Assembly (NCBI GenBank): GCA_016706685.1
Contig: JADJJE010000001.1
Location: forward strand, 129,575 to 193,574
Reading direction: 5' to 3'
Origin: Sandaracinaceae bacterium
GTDB lineage: Bacteria > Myxococcota_A > Polyangia > Polyangiales > Houyiibacteriaceae
Length of the DNA: 64,000 nt
Position 1 is the first letter of the stretch. Every line of letters starts with the position of its first letter. The position numbers were made by a program, and so were the translations under genes. Positions 8,694-17,213 of this stretch are shown in pieces. The notes beneath the pieces were generated by a model. That model had not been told where the DNA came from. It was given only the letters and a program-made list of their open reading frames with translations, and made no database searches.

Positions 8694-9512
8694 TCAGCCG
8701 GGGCCTGGAAGCGGCATGAGGGCGCGGCCGCCGGCGAGGCCACGCCAAATCGCCTTTCCGGCGGCGTCGAAGCGCCGTACAGCGTCCACGAAGCGGGCGC
8801 GCGCCTCGCAGTCCACCCACTCGCGCGGAAGCCAGGGATCGAACACCACTTGACGGATCGCCGCGCCGCCCAGGAGGTAGGCTTCCCGGGCGGCTACGTC
8901 GTGCTCGAGTTCCGAGCTCCGAGCCAGCCACGCTTCCAGCTGCGTGCGCTGCTCCACGTACGCGCGGCTCAGCGCCGCCCCGTCCCACAGCCACGCTATC
9001 TGGGCCTGGCGCTCGTCGTCGAATGCGTCCGCGCCAAAGACTGCGGCTTCGGAGTCGAGCCCCACCGTCATCAGGCGCTGCCGCAGGTCGGGCACGCCCC
9101 CGCGCAGGTTGTCCGGTCGCACGAAGAGCCCGCGCTCGAGCTCTCGTAGCCCGAGGAGATGCAGAGCACGCTCGCGGCCCTCCACGGCTGTGCGGTCGCG
9201 ACGCGAGAGGTTGCCCGTGTGCACCAGCACGTAGCGGCCCGCCCACGTCGAGACGCGTCGCTCGGCCGTACGCCACTCCGAGACCGCGAGGTTCAGCCCC
9301 TCCGCGTTGGGGCCGATCACATAGGCCCCGCGACCGCTCGCCCGAATGAGGCCGTCGGCGGACAGCCGAACCAGTGTGACCCGCACGTTGTTCTCCGTGA
9401 TGTCGAACAGCGCGCAGGCCGTGATGGCGTCGCGCACGTTCAGCGGTGCGCCATCGGTGGCCAGCAGGAGCCCGAGGATCAGCTTCCTGGCATTGGGGCC
9501 CTTGGGCTTCAT
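8694..9512 (-). CDS. PaaX-family transcriptional regulator
   Basis: N-terminal winged-helix sequence ARKLILGLLLATDGAPLNVRDAITACALFDITENNVRVTLVRLSADGLI. The LFVRPDN and DPWLP motifs are typical of PaaX-like proteins. The gene lies 7 bp downstream of the acyl-CoA dehydrogenase gene. Confidence 0.6.
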   Translation of the reverse strand: MKPKGPNARKLILGLLLATDGAPLNVRDAITACALFDITENNVRVTLVRLSADGLIRASGRGAYVIGPNAEGLNLAVSEWRTAERRVSTWAGRYVLVHTGNLSRRDRTAVEGRERALHLLGLRELERGLFVRPDNLRGGVPDLRQRLMTVGLDSEAAVFGADAFDDERQAQIAWLWDGAALSRAYVEQRTQLEAWLARSSELEHDVAAREAYLLGGAAIRQVVFDPWLPREWVDCEARARFVDAVRRFDAAGKAIWRGLAGGRALMPLPGPG

Positions 9513-9519
9513 CCGTCGC

Positions 9520-11262
9520 TCAGTGCATGGGCAGCGACGCTGCCGCGCCGTCTTGCGACGCTCGGTGCGTCACGGCCGGGTCCGCGCGCTCGAGGATGGC
9601 CCGCACGTCGGTGCCCTTGGGCAGCGCGCCGTAGTTGTGGTGGCCCTGGCCCGCGAGCCGCGACGCGCAGAACGCCTCGCTGACAGCCACGGGCGCGTGC
9701 CGCACCAGCAGCGACGCCTGGAACGCGAGCGCCAGCTGGTCCACCAGGTGCCGTGACTGGAACTGGATGTCGGCCACGTCGCGGAAGTCGAGCCCCCCAA
9801 AGTGGCCCTTCAGCGCGCACACGTAGGCGTCGAGATGTGAGTTGCCACCGGACGCCAGGTCCACCTCGTGCAGGAAGGCGCGCACCACCTCGGGGTTCTT
9901 GCCGATGGCGCGCAGCACGTCCAGGCACTGCACGTTGCCGCTGCCCTCCCAGATGGGGTTGATCACGGACTCACGGTAGAGCCGCGGGTAGATGGAGTTC
10001 TCCATGACGCCGCTGCCGCCGATGCACTCCATGACCTCGTAGGTGTGCTGCGGGGTGCGCTTGCAGATCCAGTACTTGCCCACCGCGATGGCAAGGCGCT
10101 GTAGGTGCCCCTCGTGGGCGTCGCTGTCACGTGCGTCCAGCGCCCGCGCCATGCGCATGCCGAAGGCGATGGCCCCCTCGTACTCGAGCGCCAAATCGGC
10201 GAGCACGTTCTGCATGAGCGGCTGATCGCGCAGCCGCGCCCCAAAGGCCGCCCGCTGGTTGCAGTGGTGGATGGCGTTCGCCAGGCCCACCCGCATGAGC
10301 GCGGCCGAGCCGACCATGCAGTCGAAGCGCGTGAGCCCCACCATCTCGATGATGGTGGGCACGCCGCGCCCTTCGTTGCCGATGAGCCAGCCCTGGGCGC
10401 CGCGCAGCTCCACCTCGCTCGACGCGTTGGAGCGGTTGGCCATCTTGTCCTTCAGCCGGATGACGTTGAGCGCGTTCTTGCTCCCGTCCGGCAAGAAGCG
10501 CGGCACCAGGAAGCACGACGGCCCCGCTGCGGTCTGGGCCAGGATCAGGAACACGTCGCACATGGGCGCCGAGAGGAACCACTTGTGCCCCACCAGCGAG
10601 TAGAGCTCGCCCGGCCCTGCGGCGCTCACGGGGGTGGCCTGCGTGCTGTTGGAGCGCACGTCCGAGCCGCCCTGCTTCTCGGTCATGCCCATGCCCACGG
10701 TGACCGCGCGCTTCTCGCTGGCCGGCACGTTGCGTGGGTCGTACTCACGCGAGAGGATCTTGGGCTCCCACACGGCGGCCAGCTCGGGCTGCTGGCGAAT
10801 GCTGGGGATGGACGCGAACGTCATGGTCACTGGGCAGCCGTGCCCAGCCTCCACCTGCCCCTGCATGGCCGACTTCGCCGCGCGCACCACGTGGGCCCCT
10901 GGCCGCGGATCCGTCCACGGCGTGGCGTGCAGGCCTTCGCGCAGCGACGTCTCCATGAGGCGGTGATACGCGTCGTGGTAGCGCACCACGTCCACGCGCC
11001 GACCGAAGCGGTCGTGGGTGTCCAGCTCGGGGGTGTACTTGTTGGCCAGGTGGCCAAGCTCCAGGTACGAGGCCCGCCCCGTCAGCTCGCCGAACGCCTC
11101 GATGCTGGCAGCGCCCCATGCACCGCCTTCGCGGGCGGTGGCCTCCATGAGCGGCTGGTCCGCCGTGAAGAGGTTGTAGTCCACCAGGTCGCTCGCGACG
11201 TTGGTGACGGCGTGCGTTTCGCCGAGGTCGTGGGGCGGACTGGGGGGCTGGGTGGTGGCCAT
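9520..11262 (-). CDS. aidB: AidB-like acyl-CoA dehydrogenase
   Basis: GHGCPVTMTFASIP, GMGMTEKQGGSDVRSNST, KWFLSAPMCDVFLILAQ and ECIGGSGVMENSIYPRLYRE resemble AidB-type ACADs. Start taken at MATTQPP (11262). The ORF opens at 11280. Confidence 0.75.
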   Translation of the reverse strand: MATTQPPSPPHDLGETHAVTNVASDLVDYNLFTADQPLMEATAREGGAWGAASIEAFGELTGRASYLELGHLANKYTPELDTHDRFGRRVDVVRYHDAYHRLMETSLREGLHATPWTDPRPGAHVVRAAKSAMQGQVEAGHGCPVTMTFASIPSIRQQPELAAVWEPKILSREYDPRNVPASEKRAVTVGMGMTEKQGGSDVRSNSTQATPVSAAGPGELYSLVGHKWFLSAPMCDVFLILAQTAAGPSCFLVPRFLPDGSKNALNVIRLKDKMANRSNASSEVELRGAQGWLIGNEGRGVPTIIEMVGLTRFDCMVGSAALMRVGLANAIHHCNQRAAFGARLRDQPLMQNVLADLALEYEGAIAFGMRMARALDARDSDAHEGHLQRLAIAVGKYWICKRTPQHTYEVMECIGGSGVMENSIYPRLYRESVINPIWEGSGNVQCLDVLRAIGKNPEVVRAFLHEVDLASGGNSHLDAYVCALKGHFGGLDFRDVADIQFQSRHLVDQLALAFQASLLVRHAPVAVSEAFCASRLAGQGHHNYGALPKGTDVRAILERADPAVTHRASQDGAAASLPMH

Positions 11263-11359
11263 GAGGCCAACATTACACAAAGCGCTTCAGTGCGGCAACA
11301 GCGTAACGTTTCGTGTGCGACCAGGCCGGGCCTCGATCGTTGTCGTTGTCGTGATCGTC

Positions 11360-11857
11360 TATCGACTCATCACAAGTTCGTCGGGGCAGTCCGAGGCCGA
11401 GTGGATTCTGCAGGTTCCGTTCTGGGCCTTAGTTCCAGCCCGCGAAAGCCGGGCAGCGGGCCTGGGCCTCCGGGGCAAGTCCTCCCTCCGAGGGGGGCCA
11501 GCTTGGGTGGACTAGAGGAGCCGAGGTGGCTGGCTGTGGAGGGTTTGGGGCCTGTCGAGGCCTCGAAGGCCTCATGGTTGGTCGTGACTTGCCAACCCAC
11601 CCGCCTTGGAACGACTAATCGATGAGTAAGCAGCTCGGATCTCGCCCAGAATGATCTCGAGGCTCAACACTTTACCCGCTTCCGAGGCTGAGTCCTCCCT
11701 GGAGGGAGGACTTGTCCCCGAAGCCAGGCGAAGGTCCCCGCCCCGGCTTTCAGCCGGGGCGCCCAGGGTGCCTGATACAGCCGCTTCCGCCCAGGAGTCG
11801 GCCAGGGTCCTTGGGCCGGCTCCGGTGACCATGGGCCGAACTTGTGATGAGTCGTTA
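11360..11857. mobile_element. MITE-like non-coding foldback element (~498 bp)
   Basis: The 21-bp terminal inverted repeats are ta(t/a)CGACTCATCACAAGTTCG (11360-11380 vs 11837-11857; the inner 18 bp are perfect). An 11-bp direct repeat GTCGTGATCGT flanks them (11348-11358 and 11858-11868). The internal arms are also inverted copies, for example caagtcctccctcc at 11476-11489 vs 11701-11714. There is no credible ORF. Confidence 0.6.
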
Positions 11858-11865
11858 GTCGTGAT

Positions 11866-11976
<111 letters not shown>

Positions 11977-12029
11977 CCCACGTGGAAAGCGCGCCACCGC
12001 AGCCCCCCCCGCTGCCGAAGCGCCCGGCC

Positions 12030-12911
12030 TCAGTTCCCGCGGCCGCGGACCACGTTCTGGCGGGCCTCGCGCAGCATCGGGCGGGCCTCGTGGGCCAGGC
12101 TGGAGCGGGGCCAGCGGCGGATCAGCGTGAGGTAGCCCTCGATGGCGTTGTCGAGGTCACCCAGCTCTTCGGCGCACAGCGCGGCCAGGAACACGGCGTC
12201 GTCCTGGAGCTCCGGCGAGGTGGTCTGCTCCGCCACCGTGCGGGCGTGGATGATGGCCTCGGCCTGCCGCCCGAGGCGGCGCAGGGCGCGCGCCAGCTCG
12301 TACTTCATGGCCGGCACGTGGGGGGCGTCCTCCTTCAGGCGGATGGCCTCCTCCAGCTTGTCGGCGGCCTCGGCGTAGCGGCCGGTCCGCACCAGGTCGA
12401 GGCCCACCTGATAGGCCTCGATGCTGAGATCCAGGCGGAAGCGCTCGTAGAAGTCGCGGAAGAACTGCGCCTCGGCCCGCGAGATGTGCGTGTCCTCGGC
12501 GATGGTGTCGTAGCGCGTGACCACCTCGCGGCGCTTCTCCTGCCGGATCAGGTCGTAGAAGCGGGCCGCGCGGGCCTCGGCGGCGCTGCGGTCGTCGGCT
12601 CGCTGACGCTCCTCCAAGAGCGCGCGGCGCAGGTCCGTGTTGCGCGACTCGAGCGCGAGCTTCTCGGACTCGATGGCGGCGATGGTGGCGTCGGACGCCA
12701 GCTTGAGGCCGCCGAACGAGAGGGCCGCGAACAGCGCGTAGGCCACGGCCCCGTTCCAGTTGAAGCGACGCTCGTACCCGGCCTGCCGCTTGGCGATGGA
12801 CTTGATGTCCGCGCCCAGCGAATTGACGAGGTTGTTCGTCTTGATGGTGAGACCACGAGACTCGATGATCTCTTTCTTGATCTCACGGATCTCCTCGTCG
12901 GTCTCGCGCAC
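12030..12911 (-). CDS. membrane-anchored coiled-coil/TPR protein (YbgF/CpoB-like architecture)
   Basis: GTG start at 12911, the first start in the coding-like part. One TM segment (AVAYALFAALSFGGLKL), a coiled-coil stretch and C-terminal TPR-like repeats (GRYAEAADKLEEAIRL..., AMKYELARALRRLGRQAEA...). Confidence 0.6.
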   Translation of the reverse strand: MRETDEEIREIKKEIIESRGLTIKTNNLVNSLGADIKSIAKRQAGYERRFNWNGAVAYALFAALSFGGLKLASDATIAAIESEKLALESRNTDLRRALLEERQRADDRSAAEARAARFYDLIRQEKRREVVTRYDTIAEDTHISRAEAQFFRDFYERFRLDLSIEAYQVGLDLVRTGRYAEAADKLEEAIRLKEDAPHVPAMKYELARALRRLGRQAEAIIHARTVAEQTTSPELQDDAVFLAALCAEELGDLDNAIEGYLTLIRRWPRSSLAHEARPMLREARQNVVRGRGN

Positions 12912-13055
12912 AGCCCGGGAGTAGCCCCGTTGCGCCGGGCAGGCAAGCCCCACGTCGGGCAGAAGTCGAGCACGCGGCCGCAAACCTATGACATACTGCG
13001 CCGCATCCCTTGACGACCCATGACCCGGCGCGTAAAGCGCCGCCCCGGAGGTTCC

Positions 13056-13475
13056 ATGCGTAAGCTTTCCCGTACCCTCAGCGTCCTCACCCTCCTGGCC
13101 ACCTTGCTGCTCGCGGCATGTGGCGGCCCCACGGTCTACGCCCTCGTCGGCACCCCCCGCTCGATTGGCACCGATGGCCGCGTCGAAGTGGAAGAGTCCG
13201 AGGGCGGCAACTACCTGGTGCAAGTGCAGGTCAACCACCTGCCCCCCCCCGCGCGCCTCGCCGAGGGTCTGACCACCTACGTGGTGTGGTTCATCCGTGA
13301 TGGCGTTGCCCCCACGCTGGCGGGCTCGCTCAATTTCAACGAAGAGGAACGGAATGGCTCCATGCTGGCGACCACTCCGTACTCGCAGTTCCGCGTCCGC
13401 GTGACGGCCGAAGAGACTCGGGACGTAGCGTCTCCCAGTGAGTACATCGTCGCCGATCAGCTCGTGCAGGAGTAG
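13056..13475 (+). CDS. lipoprotein, unknown function
   Basis: Signal peptide MRKLSRTLSVLTLLATLLLAAC with a lipobox Cys. The ORF opens at 13020. Confidence 0.65.
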   Translation: MRKLSRTLSVLTLLATLLLAACGGPTVYALVGTPRSIGTDGRVEVEESEGGNYLVQVQVNHLPPPARLAEGLTTYVVWFIRDGVAPTLAGSLNFNEEERNGSMLATTPYSQFRVRVTAEETRDVASPSEYIVADQLVQE

Positions 13476-13480
13476 TTTCA

Positions 13481-14044
13481 TTGGGTGACACAAGCGAACT
13501 CAAGAAGGGCTTCAAGCTCATCAAAGACGACCAGCCGTGGCTCGTGGCGGACTGTCAGTTCGTCAAGCCGGGCAAGGGTCAGGCGTTCTTCCGAACGCGC
13601 CTGAAGAACATGATCACCGGGCGCGTGGTGGACCACACCTACAAGTCCGGCGAGAAGATCGACAAGGCCGACACGGAAGAGCGCACCTACCAGTACCTCT
13701 ACCCCGAGAACGATGATCGCGTGTTCATGGACACCGAGTCGTACGAGCAGATCCATCTCTCGAACGAGCAGCTCGGTGAGTCCGCGGGCTACCTGCTGGA
13801 CGGCACCAACGTCGACGTCATGTTCTTCAACGGCAAGCCCATCGGGGTGACGCCGCCCACCTTCGTGAACCTCAAGGTCACGGAGACCGAGCCCGGCTTC
13901 AAGGGCGACACCAGCAGCAACACCACGAAGCCGGCCACGTGCGAGACGGGGCTGATTGTGGCTGTGCCGCTCTTCGTCGTCGAAGGCGACGTGCTGAAGA
14001 TCGACACGCGCACCGGCGAGTACGTCGAGCGCGTGAAGTCCTGA
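13481..14044 (+). CDS. efp: elongation factor P
   Basis: Full-length EF-P similarity: KPGKGQAFFRTRLKN loop with the modifiable Lys, VTETEPGFKGDTSS, GEYVERV. TTG start, with AGGAG 8 nt upstream (13468-13472). Confidence 0.95.
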   Translation: MGDTSELKKGFKLIKDDQPWLVADCQFVKPGKGQAFFRTRLKNMITGRVVDHTYKSGEKIDKADTEERTYQYLYPENDDRVFMDTESYEQIHLSNEQLGESAGYLLDGTNVDVMFFNGKPIGVTPPTFVNLKVTETEPGFKGDTSSNTTKPATCETGLIVAVPLFVVEGDVLKIDTRTGEYVERVKS

Positions 14045-14067
14045 CACGAGCGGCCAGCGAGCCGACC

Positions 14068-15306
14068 GTGAGCCCCCTCGCACCGCCCCGGGATGCCATC
14101 GAGTCCATACGCCGCTTGCCGGCGATGACCACGGTGACGTTCACGGGGCGCGTCGCTTCCGTCTTGGACGACGCGCTCTTGCTGCAGGACGCGAGCGCGA
14201 CGGTGTGGGTGGACACGTCGGAGCGCGCGACCCCGCCACTGGGTGCGTGGGTGGAGCTCGAGGGGATCTGGGACGGCAGCCGCGTGCGGGACGCGCTGGT
14301 GACCACGCTCAACGCGCCCACTCGGCCGTTCCCCGCAACAGCGGGTGACTGGCGCTGGCTCACGGACCAAGGCGGCCGGCGCATGCGCAACGTGCAGGCG
14401 CGCGCGCTGTTGATGCGGGCCGTGCGCGGCTACTTCCAAGGGCAGGACTTCGTGGAGGTGGAGACCCCGGTGGCGGTACCGAGCCCCGGTCTCGACACGC
14501 ACCTCTCCGCGTTCGGCGTGGACGGTGCGCGCGTGCCGCGCTGGCTCATCACCAGCCCCGAGTACCAGATGAAGCGGCTGCTGGCGGGGGGCCTGCCGCG
14601 CATCTACCAGACGTGCCGCTGCTTCCGGCGCGACGAAGCGGGCGCGCTGCACCAGCCCGAGTTCAGCATGCTGGAGTGGTACCGCGGGTGCGCAGGCGCC
14701 GAAGACGTGATGGCCGACACGGAGCAGTTGGTGGCCCACGTGGCACGCGCGCTGCGCCGAGACGAGAGCGAGCCGCTGGTCGTGGCCGGGCGAACGGGCC
14801 CCATCGACCTGACCCCGCCGTGGCCGCGCCTGCGCATCGCCGAGGCGTTCCAGCGCTATGCGGGCGTGGACGCGCACACGCTGCTGACCGACGAGGCGCG
14901 CTTCTTCCAGGTGTATGCCGAGCAGGTGGAGCCCCACCTCGGGCGCGACAAGCCGGTGTTCTTGACGCACTGGCCGGCCAGCATGGCGTCCTTGGCGCGG
15001 CTGTTCGACGACGACCCGGCGCACGCCGAACGCTTCGAGGTCATCGTGGATGGCGTGGAGCTGTGCAACGGGTTCGGCGAGCTGATTGACGCGAGCGAGC
15101 AAGAGCGGCGGCTCCGGCGCGACCAGGACACCCGACGAGAGCTGGGGTTGCCGGTCTACCCGCTGGACGAGCGCTTCCTGGACGCGCTGCGTGAGGGGCT
15201 GCCTCCGTCCGGTGGCAACGCGCTCGGGCTCGACCGGCTGTTGATGTTGCTGCTGGGCGAGACGCACATCGACGACGTGTGCGCCATCCCGCACGACCGC
15301 CTCTGA
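14068..15306 (+). CDS. epmA: EF-P lysine lysyltransferase (EpmA/GenX/PoxA-like class II aaRS paralogue) with an N-terminal OB-like extension
   Basis: Class II LysRS-like core: FVEVETP, ITSPEYQMKRLLAGG, CFRRDEAGALHQPEFSMLEWY, ERFEV...GVELCNGFGEL, GNALGLDRLLMLLLG. The gene follows efp directly. The start is uncertain (GTG 14068 or ATG 14125). Confidence 0.8.
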   Translation: MSPLAPPRDAIESIRRLPAMTTVTFTGRVASVLDDALLLQDASATVWVDTSERATPPLGAWVELEGIWDGSRVRDALVTTLNAPTRPFPATAGDWRWLTDQGGRRMRNVQARALLMRAVRGYFQGQDFVEVETPVAVPSPGLDTHLSAFGVDGARVPRWLITSPEYQMKRLLAGGLPRIYQTCRCFRRDEAGALHQPEFSMLEWYRGCAGAEDVMADTEQLVAHVARALRRDESEPLVVAGRTGPIDLTPPWPRLRIAEAFQRYAGVDAHTLLTDEARFFQVYAEQVEPHLGRDKPVFLTHWPASMASLARLFDDDPAHAERFEVIVDGVELCNGFGELIDASEQERRLRRDQDTRRELGLPVYPLDERFLDALREGLPPSGGNALGLDRLLMLLLGETHIDDVCAIPHDRL

Positions 15307-15313
15307 CGGCGGC

Positions 15314-16366
15314 TCAGCGGTACGTGGGAGGCGGAGGAACCGAGCCAGAAGCGTCGGGGGGAGGCAGGGCTGCCCCCGGGTCCGCAGGGACCGCAGCTGG
15401 AGCCGGCAGCGTGGCCGCTGCGTTGGCGCGCGCCACAGCGTGCTGAGCGGCGAGGGCCTGAGCGCGCTCTTCGTCGGCGTCGAGCGCGCCGCGCGCGTCA
15501 CGGTAGGCCACGCGCTGCGGGTCCAGCTCGATGGCGGCGTCCAGCGGCGCGCGCGCCGCCGCATAGTGGCGCGTGATGTCCTCCATGGTGGTGGGGTCGA
15601 AGCGCCGCGCCACGCTGAGGTCATAGAGCGCCCGCGCGCGGGTCTCGGCGTCCATGGCGTGCAGCTCGGGGCTGCGCACGGCCTCCTCCAAGAGCACGCG
15701 GCCCGCACGCCACTCCCCCGCGCGCAGGTGCACGATGGCCTGCTCCACACGCGGGTCGGGCACGCTCAACAGCCGCACGCGCACGCGCTCGGTGCGCTGA
15801 TCCAGGTACGGCAGGAGCGTGTCCATGACGCGGTCGATCAGCGCGGCGCTGAGGCGACGACCACCGCCGGTCAGCTCGGCCGCCTCCTGCACGCTGTGAA
15901 TGACGCGCCCGCTGCGGATGTCCCGCACCGCCATGGTGACCGTCAGCGAGACCACCGCTTCGTCCACGTAGTCGGTGCGCATGCGCGACACGCAGCGCCC
16001 GAACGAGCAGTCTTGGTAGTTGATGGTGCGCGGCACGGTCTGCACCCGCACCGACGACAGGGACGACAGGTCCACGACGGCGGTGCCGGGCTCGAGTGTC
16101 CCCGCCGCGATCAGCTGGTCCACGTTCTCCCGCGGCATGCGGCGAGCATCCACAGCGGGCGAGCTGCCCACGGGGCTCCGCAAGTGCATCTCCACACGCG
16201 CGGCCACGTCGGCGCCAGCCGGCTCGGGTCCGAACGCCACCAGCACCACCGGGTAGACGCGCAGCGGCATGGCCGCGGGATACGACACCACTGCGCTCAC
16301 GCTCGAGCGCCCGCAGCCCGAGGCCAGCAGCGCAGCGATCAAGAGCCCAGCGACGCGTGACATCAC
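15314..16366 (-). CDS. lipoprotein with a C-terminal TPR-like region and a Pro/Ala-rich tail
   Basis: MMSRVAGLLIAALLASGC lipobox; helical repeats near the C-terminus; function unknown. Confidence 0.6.
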   Translation of the reverse strand: MMSRVAGLLIAALLASGCGRSSVSAVVSYPAAMPLRVYPVVLVAFGPEPAGADVAARVEMHLRSPVGSSPAVDARRMPRENVDQLIAAGTLEPGTAVVDLSSLSSVRVQTVPRTINYQDCSFGRCVSRMRTDYVDEAVVSLTVTMAVRDIRSGRVIHSVQEAAELTGGGRRLSAALIDRVMDTLLPYLDQRTERVRVRLLSVPDPRVEQAIVHLRAGEWRAGRVLLEEAVRSPELHAMDAETRARALYDLSVARRFDPTTMEDITRHYAAARAPLDAAIELDPQRVAYRDARGALDADEERAQALAAQHAVARANAAATLPAPAAVPADPGAALPPPDASGSVPPPPTYR

Positions 16367-16370
16367 ACGC

Positions 16371-17186
16371 CTATCCTACCTGCTGCTTCGCGCGCTGCCA
16401 CAGCGCGTCCAGCTCGGCCGGGTCGCGCTCGCGCAGCCCACGCCCCTCTTCGCGAGCCTGCTCCTCCGCAAACGAGAAGCGCGCGCTGAAGCGGTCGAGC
16501 GTGCCGCGCAGGGCGGCCTCGGGGTCCAGTGACTCCTTGCGCGCGAAGCTGGCCAGCGCGAAGAGCACGTCGCCCAGCTCGCGCTCCATGGCCGCGCGGT
16601 CTCCGCTCTCGGCTGCGGCGTCCAGCTCGCGCAGCTCCTCGTCGACCTTCGCGCGGGCCCCGGCCGCGTCGGGCCAGTCGTACCCCACGGCCGACGCTTT
16701 CTCGCCCACGCGTACTGCGCGCAAGAGCGCTGGCATGGCTCGCGGCACACCGTCGAGGGCCCCCTTGGGGCGCGCCTCACCCTTCCCCGCCGCCAGCTTC
16801 TCCTGCGCCTTGATGGCCTCCCAGCGCCCCACGGTGCCCTCGGCGGTGTCCATCTGCTCGGCGCCGAAGACCCACGGGTGACGGCGCACCATCTTGTCGG
16901 AGATGGCGGTGACCACGTCGCCCGGCCCGAACCAGCCCTTGGCTCGCGCGATCTCGGCCTGGAACACGACCTGCAGCAAGAGGTCGCCCAGCTCCTCGCA
17001 CAGGGCGCGTGGGTCACCGTGGTCGATGGCCTCCACCACCTCGTAGGCCTCCTCGATCACGTACGGGCGCAGCGACTCGAGCGTCTGCTCGCGGTCCCAG
17101 GGGCACCCCTCGGGGGACAGCAGGCGCTGCATGATGGCCACGAGCTCGGGGAGGTTCTCGCCGCGGGGGGCAGGTGAATCGACCAT
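16371..17186 (-). CDS. mazG: nucleoside triphosphate pyrophosphohydrolase MazG
   Basis: Tandem MazG domains: CPWDREQT..., EEAYEVVEAI, ELGDLLLQVVF, KMVRRHPWVFG, and a second ELGDVLFAL. Confidence 0.9.
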   Translation of the reverse strand: MVDSPAPRGENLPELVAIMQRLLSPEGCPWDREQTLESLRPYVIEEAYEVVEAIDHGDPRALCEELGDLLLQVVFQAEIARAKGWFGPGDVVTAISDKMVRRHPWVFGAEQMDTAEGTVGRWEAIKAQEKLAAGKGEARPKGALDGVPRAMPALLRAVRVGEKASAVGYDWPDAAGARAKVDEELRELDAAAESGDRAAMERELGDVLFALASFARKESLDPEAALRGTLDRFSARFSFAEEQAREEGRGLRERDPAELDALWQRAKQQVG

Positions 17187-17213
17187 GGCGGACTCTAGCC
17201 CAGCACGTGCCGG

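Noticed and set aside
11360-11857. Known structured RNA (tmRNA, RNase P, SRP/4.5S, 6S, group II intron) in the 750-bp intergenic region
   Set aside because: By eye I could not find the diagnostic motifs. These would be a tRNA-like acceptor/T-arm and tag ORF, GGAAAGTCCGG (RNase P P4), the SRP GGAA tetraloop helix-8 motif, or intron domain V. The terminal inverted repeats plus direct repeats fit a MITE better. A covariance-model scan is still needed.
13789-15750. 653-aa minus-strand ORF
   Set aside because: It is antisense to the efp 3' end and the EpmA-like gene. It has no motifs, and it overlaps the start of a well-supported lipoprotein gene in another frame.
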